Shown in pieces: positions 17,801 through 23,144 of a stretch of 32,000 bases of DNA; positions within the stretch are counted from its first letter, which is position 1, and each line of letters opens with the position of its first letter. The position numbers and the translations under genes were made by a program. The stretch is from the NCBI GenBank assembly GCA_022646745.1, contig CP060262.1:1230001-1262000 (forward strand), given 5' to 3'. The DNA comes from Planctomycetales bacterium (GTDB lineage Bacteria > 4484-113 > JAFGCY01). The notes below the pieces were generated by a model. It did no database searches. It was not told the origin of the DNA and saw nothing but the letters and a program-made list of their open reading frames with translations.

Positions 17801-18588
17801 GTGGGCTCAATTCAGACGGCTCATCCTTTGCACTTCCGCTGAAGATCGTGTCCGGTCCGGTCTTCCGCCCGGACCGCGACAACCGTGGTCTGCCCCTGCT
17901 GGCGGAATTCAGCGGCCTGCCCGGTGTTTGCTATGGCTCCGATCAGAGCGGGGGCTGGCACCATATCCGGGCGCTGGACAGCACCGGCAGCAGCTGGCAG
18001 GCCAGCCCGAGTGCCATCAGCGGATCGCAGTCGGCGGCCAGTCCATTCGGAAGCCTGCTGCAGGATCCGTCCGGTGGTGCGCTGCTGTTCTACTTCGACC
18101 AGGACGGCATCATGGCCAACCGCGATCCGGATGGCAATGGCAGCAACTGGAACTTCCGCGAGCAGCTGTTCAGTATTGGAGATGTTGTCCGGATCCAGTC
18201 GATCACCAGTTCCGACAGCGTGCTGCTGCTGTACACCGTCAAGGAAGGAGTGACTGATTACACCCTGTGGGCCAGCCACGCCAGCTCGCCATCATTTGCC
18301 AGCTGGACCGATCCGGCCAGAGTTATTGACATCAATTCTTCAGTGGCTGATGCCCAGCTGCTGCTGGATAACGGCAAGCCTGTGGTGCTGCTCAGTGGCA
18401 ACCCCGGTGGCGATGGTGGGGTGCACTATCTTCGCAGCCACGATGCGCGCGGCAGTGGCTGGAGCGAGACTCGTCGGATCAGCAGCCAGACGGCCGGGGA
18501 ATTGCGCGCTGCCACGATTGTCAATGGGCGGCTGGCTGCCATCCATCTGCGCAGTAATGGTGCCCTCAGGCTGCTGCAGAGGGAATAG
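14848..18588 (+). CDS. giant surface lipoprotein: cohesin-like module, dockerin, five PKD domains, C-terminal propeller-like module
   Basis: 1246 aa. Signal MKRKTSRKLISLPTLIAVCSLLCCACGS. Two dockerin Ca-loop repeats lie at about 15406-15573: DYDQNSEVNIADL and DGDANGEINIADI, with D/N at positions 1, 3, 5 and 12. Five PKD repeats lie at about 16108-17493, each with a DAS.S.DPDG...WDFDNDG-like core. The C-terminal ~360 aa carry recurrent D-x-x-G-x-x-W motifs. The cohesin-like call for aa ~55-150 is weaker. Confidence 0.8.
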   Translation: MKRKTSRKLISLPTLIAVCSLLCCACGSGSRLDVSAGPFSYRRISTAIDSDPASGTLSLKQENAGDGLLLSLMVEDAQDLRSLAVEICFDAEAWQLADAAASELLGSEPLLLQSSMLVSNGTLAHGQVLIDAGQQAGFTGSGCLARFHFTPGAGDVPRETSAVSNALPLPQWDEGTWELNWPYSNTGDYDQNSEVNIADLTPIGIHFGEVVSDPLSSQAIIDGDANGEINIADITPIGVNYGRSLSAYRLWELASPLDWLGPADTVPLADIVFASATGLPAQDLLQFTYKYAADPGYRWLRLAPVSGEDTGPVTDYIFTYPSLQPLLSVADGTGLTGNGSEADPFSLEVPASVPLKLLLQDDTDVTADALSSFAVSGPAGGSISGSSLELDASSAGDYLVTATYDGVPSDPFALYFHVNEPPEAILVANPTSGNVPFTVELDASQSSDPDGEIVLAEWDFDNDGTFDRETGDLLTTLRRYDTEGTYEAVVRLTDDKGASSVSDPLLITVEPPNQPPQPVVSGNPLSGNTPLTVEFDASASSDPDGSIESISWDFDNDGSYELLDSQDFTPQHTFVVPGQYEVAVRLRDDDGAVAFSSPLFINVGGNFPPTAVLRAVPNAGPSPLLVQLDASESTDGDGSIVLVEWDFSGDGEYDQSGTLFVVSNLYTGDGVFHPVVRLTDNNGGVTVSEPATVTVGVAAGSPPVALLSALPQSGPAPLDVTFSGTGSTDADNDILYVEFDFENDGTWDVLDDDDFTVSHRYELDGTYEAVLRVTDSYGFRDTSDPVEITVSSGSPPTAFFQAASLSGVSPFDLVLDASGSSDPDGSISLYEWDVDADGSYDLATTSSSAQLSLVTEGQRDLRLRVTDSDGMSATFSREFTVSPPSLGWNDWSTGIVNPQNAHLRAVGGRPAVAWQSSGADLFFKRSADVDGHSWPVTGSLVDSDLTGYPGGSIRLVDFAVSGGVPLMLTLKGTAAQADHDMFVSRGLNSDGSSFALPLKIVSGPVFRPDRDNRGLPLLAEFSGLPGVCYGSDQSGGWHHIRALDSTGSSWQASPSAISGSQSAASPFGSLLQDPSGGALLFYFDQDGIMANRDPDGNGSNWNFREQLFSIGDVVRIQSITSSDSVLLLYTVKEGVTDYTLWASHASSPSFASWTDPARVIDINSSVADAQLLLDNGKPVVLLSGNPGGDGGVHYLRSHDARGSGWSETRRISSQTAGELRAATIVNGRLAAIHLRSNGALRLLQRE

Positions 18589-18734
18589 GACTCACTCCAA
18601 ATCATTTCCAGTAGAGGAACCGATTGATGCCTGCCGGTGCAGTGGCGACAGGATGGATTTCGCCTAGGAATGTTTTGGAAAAAAGATCAATCATTTAGTT
18701 TACTCCTGCTTTCCCTGGAATATTTATTCAAAAT

Positions 18735-18763
18735 TTGAATTTTTGGCGGAAGCACCCTAGAAT
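18735..18763 (+). promoter_or_regulatory. near-consensus sigma70-type promoter TTGAAT-N17-TAGAAT upstream of the tripled cassette
   Basis: TTGAAT at 18735-18740, a 17-nt spacer, then TAGAAT at 18758-18763, within an AT-rich stretch. It implies a leader of roughly 87 nt before the ATG at 18857. Confidence 0.55.
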
Positions 18764-18856
18764 CTGCATAGGAGCAAAACCTTGCGCTCCCCTCGTGATT
18801 CATCCCCGCATTCCCTTTCGCGCGGATGAACACGGACATAGATCGGAGGAAGAACA

Positions 18857-19195
18857 ATGAATCGCATCAGCATCGTTATCGCTGCCATTGCCATGATGGC
18901 CCTCGCTGCCTGTTCCAGTACAGCAGGCAATGACATGATTTCAGACAGCATGCAGCAGAAGGACGCAAGCAGCGTGTCACTGACCCTGGTCTGGAATGCA
19001 AATGCCACGCTGTGCAACTTCAAGCTGGCTGACTACGATGCCACGCTCGGCGAGCTGTACAAGGGCACTGACTTCGACGCCGACATGGATCGCATGGAGG
19101 AAGCCATCGCCTTTGAACTCAGCCTCAATCGCAATGACATCCAGGGTGAGTCCACCATGGGATTCGTCCACTTCGACGATGAAGTCGTCGACTGA
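18857..19195 (+). CDS. small lipoprotein, cassette module 1 (112 aa)
   Basis: SD ggagga 6 nt upstream. Signal plus lipobox MNRISIVIAAIAMMALAAC. The C-terminus STMGFVHFDDEVVD is shared with the two downstream copies. Confidence 0.8.
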   Translation: MNRISIVIAAIAMMALAACSSTAGNDMISDSMQQKDASSVSLTLVWNANATLCNFKLADYDATLGELYKGTDFDADMDRMEEAIAFELSLNRNDIQGESTMGFVHFDDEVVD

Positions 19196-19242
19196 GCCGG
19201 CAGGCACTGGTATCCAATTCACCAACTAACAAAGGAAAAAAA

Positions 19243-19374
19243 ATGAGCAACAACCACTTCGACATCAACCAGCAGACCATCAACCTTCCGGCTGGCGCAC
19301 ACGGCGTGCTCAGCACCTGCCTGACCGACAGCAGCCCGGACTATGTGTGGTTCGACTGCGAAGCCGAACTCTAG
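19243..19374 (+). CDS. 43-aa peptide, cassette module 1 (absent from the ORF track, below its length cutoff)
   Basis: My translation is MSNNHFDINQQTINLPAGAHGVLSTCLTDSSPDYVWFDCEAEL. SD aaagga lies upstream. The 29 C-terminal codons differ from copy 2 only by synonymous changes. Confidence 0.8.
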   Translation: MSNNHFDINQQTINLPAGAHGVLSTCLTDSSPDYVWFDCEAEL

Positions 19375-19441
19375 GAACGTGACAAACCTTCCGCGCTGAG
19401 CGGAATCGCCATCCAACCCAGTTACAAGAGAGGAATACACA

Positions 19442-19633
19442 ATGAAGAAGATCAGCATCACCATCGCCACCATCGCCCTGTTCGCGCTCTGCTCCTGCTC
19501 CGGCCAGGGATCCACCGACATGCTTGGTGAAAGCAACACCGAATACGGCAATCCGAGCCTTGGCCAGGATGCTTCCGTGGACTTCCGCGACACCAGCGGC
19601 TTCGTGCACTTTGATGATGAGACGGTCGACTAG
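19442..19633 (+). CDS. small lipoprotein, cassette module 2 (63 aa, internally shortened variant)
   Basis: SD agagagga. Signal MKKISITIATIALFALCSC. It keeps the C-terminal GFVHFDDETVD but lacks the central WNAN...DF..DM...E.AIA block found in modules 1 and 3. Confidence 0.7.
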   Translation: MKKISITIATIALFALCSCSGQGSTDMLGESNTEYGNPSLGQDASVDFRDTSGFVHFDDETVD

Positions 19634-19672
19634 ACCTGCAAGTAATCCACCACCTACTGCGAGGAAAGAACA

Positions 19673-19804
19673 ATGAGCAACATCAACAACGACAGCAACA
19701 TCCAGAGCATCAGCCTCCCCGCCGGTGCCCATGGTGTCCTGAGCACCTGCCTGACTGACAGCAGCCCGGACTACGTATGGTTCGACTGCGAGGCTGAGCT
19801 CTAG
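19673..19804 (+). CDS. 43-aa peptide, cassette module 2 (absent from the ORF track)
   Basis: My translation is MSNINNDSNIQSISLPAGAHGVLSTCLTDSSPDYVWFDCEAEL. SD gaggaaag lies upstream. Confidence 0.8.
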   Translation: MSNINNDSNIQSISLPAGAHGVLSTCLTDSSPDYVWFDCEAEL

Positions 19805-19873
19805 GAACCACCTGCACCTGTCCGGGATTACCGGGCTGGACCAGACCGAAAGATACATCCAAGGAGAAATAAA

Positions 19874-20203
19874 ATGAACAAGATCAACACCCTCATCGCC
19901 ATCGTCGCCCTCAGCATCCTCTGCTCCTGCTCCGGCCAGTCCACCAGCGACATGCTTGCCGAGCGCAACACCGCAGATGTGACCTCCGTGATCGACGGCT
20001 GGAATGCCAACTGCGCCACCTACAACTTCGGCCCGGCTTACTCCGATGAGACCCTTGGCGACATCTACTACGGCTCTGACTTCGAGACCGACATGAACGG
20101 CATCGAGCAGGCGATCGCAGACTACTACGGCATCTCCCGCGACAACGTGGATGGCACCTCCACCATGGGTTTCGTGCACTTCGATGATGAGACGGTGGAC
20201 TAA
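19874..20203 (+). CDS. small lipoprotein, cassette module 3 (109 aa)
   Basis: SD aaggag. Signal MNKINTLIAIVALSILCSC. Collinear with module 1 (WNANCATYNF, GSDFETDM, IEQAIA). The C-terminus is STMGFVHFDDETVD. Confidence 0.8.
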   Translation: MNKINTLIAIVALSILCSCSGQSTSDMLAERNTADVTSVIDGWNANCATYNFGPAYSDETLGDIYYGSDFETDMNGIEQAIADYYGISRDNVDGTSTMGFVHFDDETVD

Positions 20204-20264
20204 ACAGTAACCAGGCAATTCCTGTCTGAATACTGAACACCTGAACACCCAAGAGGAAAGAGAA

Positions 20265-20396
20265 ATGGAAAAGAACAACATCGAGATCGAGCAGCCGACG
20301 GCAAGCCTCCCCGCAGGAGCGCATGGCATCCTCAGCACACGCCTGACGGATGAGAGCCCGGATTACGTCTGGTTCGACTGCGAAGCCGAGCTGTAG
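20265..20396 (+). CDS. 43-aa peptide, cassette module 3 (absent from the ORF track)
   Basis: My translation is MEKNNIEIEQPTASLPAGAHGILSTRLTDESPDYVWFDCEAEL. SD agaggaaag lies upstream. Confidence 0.8.
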   Translation: MEKNNIEIEQPTASLPAGAHGILSTRLTDESPDYVWFDCEAEL

Positions 20397-20414
20397 CTGC
20401 CGGGATTGCGGCAG
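20397..20414 (+). terminator. short GC hairpin immediately after the last cassette gene (weak terminator or RNA-stability element)
   Basis: CTGCCG-ggattg-CGGCAG starts right after the stop codon, with no U-tract. Similar small hairpins follow peptide 1 (TTCCGC-gctga-GCGGAA, 19389-19405) and peptide 2 (CCGG-gatta-CCGG, 19822-19834). Confidence 0.25.
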
Positions 20415-20641
20415 TAAACAAGCTGTAGGGACTGGCCGCCTGGATGTGCAGGCGTGCCGGGATGACTGATGAATCGGGATGGGAGATCCTCGGGTGGATG
20501 ATGGACCACCCGCAGGCTGCCGGCATTCGCCGGACACGCACTCATTCATTTCGCCAGGCAAGAAATGTGCCTGCGCGCGCAAGAACGGGACAGATAATCA
20601 ATGGAAGGCCATGCCTGAACAAGCAGGCAGTGAACCGGGGA

Positions 20642-21460
20642 TCAGGCGGTCAGGGTGTTGACTGAGTTGCCACCGCCGAATTCGGGGTTGCGGAAATGGC
20701 GCTTCAATACATCCATCAGGCTTTCACCGTTGTCATCAGTGATCTGCTTGATGCGCTGCTCGAAGCTCTGCTCCACATCCTCGTCGACGATTCCCAGTTG
20801 CAGTGAGGGCTGCCAGATATCCTTCTGGATGTACTTGATGTGTTCAGCGAACTCGGCATTATCCATCACCCACAGCAGGTCTTCCTTGTTGAAGAGCCGC
20901 TGCACGATGCGCATCAGGGCATAGGCCCGGACCCAGTTCCAGTTGGCATGCAGGCCGCGGGCGTTGTTGATCGCGAAGTCGTAGGACTTGATCAGGTACT
21001 GCTCATTGCCCAGCTTGTAGGCCCAGCTGGTGATCTTGTTCCACAGCTCGGAGGTCTGCATGTCCAATGGAATCACGCTCAGCAGGCGGTCCATCGTGGT
21101 CTGGTCCAGCGGCAGGAACTCCAGGCGGTCCATCGTGATCCTGAGCTGGAGGTATAGCCGGCGGCGCAGCATCTCGGCACTCTCGAAGCTGCTTTCCTGC
21201 TCGAGGCGGTTGAGGATTCCCGGCAGGTACTTCATCGCCCAGCCCTCCTCACGCTGCACCAGCCTTACCTGGTACTCCAGGTAGGTCAGCTGGTAAAAGA
21301 AGCGAGAGTTCTCTTCCTCTGGGAACATGACGGCTTCATGGGCTTTCCATGCTTCCTGCATGCGCTGCTCCTGAAGCTTCGTATCACGCGCGTACAGGGC
21401 GTGCACGATCGGCTCACAGAAGTCCACGAACCACTTTTCCTTGGATAGGTCTAGCGTCAT
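20642..21460 (-). CDS. hypothetical cytoplasmic protein with no signal peptide
   Basis: The ORF track gives 20642-21565. I prefer the internal Met (MTLDLSKEKWF...), which is preceded by TATAAT (21476-21471) and aagg. The region 21461-21565 is AT-rich and looks non-coding. No family recognised. Confidence 0.55.
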   Translation of the reverse strand: MTLDLSKEKWFVDFCEPIVHALYARDTKLQEQRMQEAWKAHEAVMFPEEENSRFFYQLTYLEYQVRLVQREEGWAMKYLPGILNRLEQESSFESAEMLRRRLYLQLRITMDRLEFLPLDQTTMDRLLSVIPLDMQTSELWNKITSWAYKLGNEQYLIKSYDFAINNARGLHANWNWVRAYALMRIVQRLFNKEDLLWVMDNAEFAEHIKYIQKDIWQPSLQLGIVDEDVEQSFEQRIKQITDDNGESLMDVLKRHFRNPEFGGGNSVNTLTA

Positions 21461-21807
21461 TGCCTTGGAAATTATACCTGAATTTAACCTTTCTCCGGCT
21501 GCCCCTTGCTGCCGGATTCCGCCTCTCCGAAAATTAAATTCCGAAGCTACATCAAAATATATCATTTCTTGCCAGTCATTTCCACATCAAACCACGCGCA
21601 TGTACATGAAATGTTAACTGGAATTAACCTGGGGCCAGTTCTTGCGAAGTTTCGCCCGTGCTCCGGTGCAGTTTCGCACCGGATGTCACTTTGCCAGACC
21701 ACTCCAAGCATTTGACCTTTGCTGATATTTACGATGTCCCGCCAGGCAACAATTCCGCTGCAATTCAGATATAATTGCGCTGCATTCATTTGCGGAGGAA
21801 GAACAGA

Positions 21808-22164
21808 ATGAAAGTCTGGATCATGATATTGCTTGTGTTGCTCGCGCTGACGGGAGTGGCTGCCGCCAGCCCGTTTGACGGCATGAGTGTCGCGCAGATC
21901 CGTGCTCACGAGAACTTCACGCCCGATACCCAGAGCATGTCCTGGGCGACCAACAGTGGTGACCCCGACGCACCCCATATCTACTGGTGGATCGGCTACA
22001 TTCCCAACGGGGAGCAGCGTATCTACTTCACCAGCTACGGTGAGGCCCTGACCTGTGTCAAGTGGGGCGAGACCGGTGAGTGGGTACCGCTGTGGGTGCG
22101 CGATGCACTGGACAAGCTTGTGGCGGAGGAGATAATCGTGCTGGAGCCGGGCAAGGCCGAGTAA
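21808..22164 (+). CDS. small secreted hypothetical protein
   Basis: The ORF track gives 21775-22164. The internal Met at 21808 is preceded by SD ggagga and starts the signal peptide MKVWIMILLVLLALTGVAAASP. Confidence 0.65.
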   Translation: MKVWIMILLVLLALTGVAAASPFDGMSVAQIRAHENFTPDTQSMSWATNSGDPDAPHIYWWIGYIPNGEQRIYFTSYGEALTCVKWGETGEWVPLWVRDALDKLVAEEIIVLEPGKAE

Positions 22165-22213
22165 TTGCCGAATTCCCGGTCCACTGAAACCCGGACAGTC
22201 GGGGGAGGATCAA

Positions 22214-23119
22214 ATGATCGGGATGAAGCGAACAGTATGCGCAGCGGGTTTATTACTAATCCTGTTGCTGACAGCATGCAACGATGACAAGGGCCGGGAA
22301 CAGGCCAGCACCGGAAATGGTGCTCCTGCCCCCGGCCTTTCTGCTGAAACAGACTCCGCTGGAAGTGATGACGCAGCAGAAACGCAGCAGGACAGCACCG
22401 AACAAGACAGCGGGGCTGATGATGGTGGAGTAGTTGAGGGCCATGGCAATGACATCCTCGACCGGCACTGGCAGGAAACCGTCATCGAGTTCAAGAACCC
22501 ACTGTCCATGAGCATGGAACTGAAGGACGCGCGCTTCAACCCGGAAGAAGGAGCGAAGATGTCCTTCCTCGATTTCGAGGCCAGCTGCCGCGTAGGCCGC
22601 AAGGACTGGCTCTACAAGGACCTCACGATGGATAGCCTGAAGTCCACCGACAGCGCCACGCTTGAGCTCGACATCTGCAGCGTGGAACTGATGCCGCTTC
22701 TGCGCAACCCGGTGGTGGAAGGACGCACAAGCACCGGTGGCACGCGGCTGAGGATGGACGGCGGACTGCGTTTCATCGTGCGTGACCCGCAGGGTAATGT
22801 GATGGGCAGCTTCGTGGTCGGGGAAGAAGGGCGGCTGGAGGACACCGAGAAGGGCGAGCTGTACTCCTGGCGCATCTCGGAAACCGATGATGCGATGATG
22901 CCGACGGAGTACGTGTTCTTCCGTACACCGGGCAAGGGCGAATCCATCCATTATGAATTCGGGGTCAGCTACCGGCACGGCAGTATGGCACGCAAGACCG
23001 TCAGCGATCCACTCGGCAATGAAATCACCTACATGTTCCCGAACGGCAGCGTGGAGATCCTGCCACCCAACCCGCCGAAGCGGGACGAGCCGGACGATGG
23101 AGGAGTGCGCCGCGAGTAG
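22214..23119 (+). CDS. hypothetical lipoprotein
   Basis: SD gggggagga upstream. Signal plus canonical lipobox MKRTVCAAGLLLILLLTAC, followed by an acidic low-complexity linker. No family recognised. Confidence 0.7.
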   Translation: MIGMKRTVCAAGLLLILLLTACNDDKGREQASTGNGAPAPGLSAETDSAGSDDAAETQQDSTEQDSGADDGGVVEGHGNDILDRHWQETVIEFKNPLSMSMELKDARFNPEEGAKMSFLDFEASCRVGRKDWLYKDLTMDSLKSTDSATLELDICSVELMPLLRNPVVEGRTSTGGTRLRMDGGLRFIVRDPQGNVMGSFVVGEEGRLEDTEKGELYSWRISETDDAMMPTEYVFFRTPGKGESIHYEFGVSYRHGSMARKTVSDPLGNEITYMFPNGSVEILPPNPPKRDEPDDGGVRRE

Positions 23120-23132
23120 GGTTGCTAGGCTG

Positions 23133-23138
23133 TAGAAT
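23133..23138 (+). promoter_or_regulatory. -10 hexamer TAGAAT exactly 6 nt upstream of the ATG (leaderless-type)
   Basis: ctgTAGAATctgcccATG with no SD, in a 25-nt intergenic gap. Confidence 0.45.
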
Positions 23139-23144
23139 CTGCCC

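Noticed and set aside
15804-18546. Numerous 60-220-aa ORFs on both strands inside the PKD-protein gene, for example 17119-17784 (-), 16524-17048 (-) and 17885-18253 (+).
   Set aside because: All are nested in a 3.7-kb ORF whose frame carries dockerin and five PKD signatures. The compositional bias explains the open alternative frames.
19243-20396. Calling the 43-aa peptides RiPP or bacteriocin precursors with double-glycine-type cleavage at LPAG-A.
   Set aside because: There is no maturase, C39-peptidase ABC exporter or immunity-like membrane protein nearby. The peptide is acidic, and the leader does not fit the double-glycine consensus. I keep it only as one hypothesis among several.
19310-20582. 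Minus-strand ORFs of 342 aa (19310-20338) and 223 aa (19911-20582) spanning the tripled cassette. Also 19219-19593 (-).
   Set aside because: They run antisense across several independent modules and intergenic hairpins and have no SD. The inter-copy substitutions are synonymous in the plus-strand frames, not in these frames.
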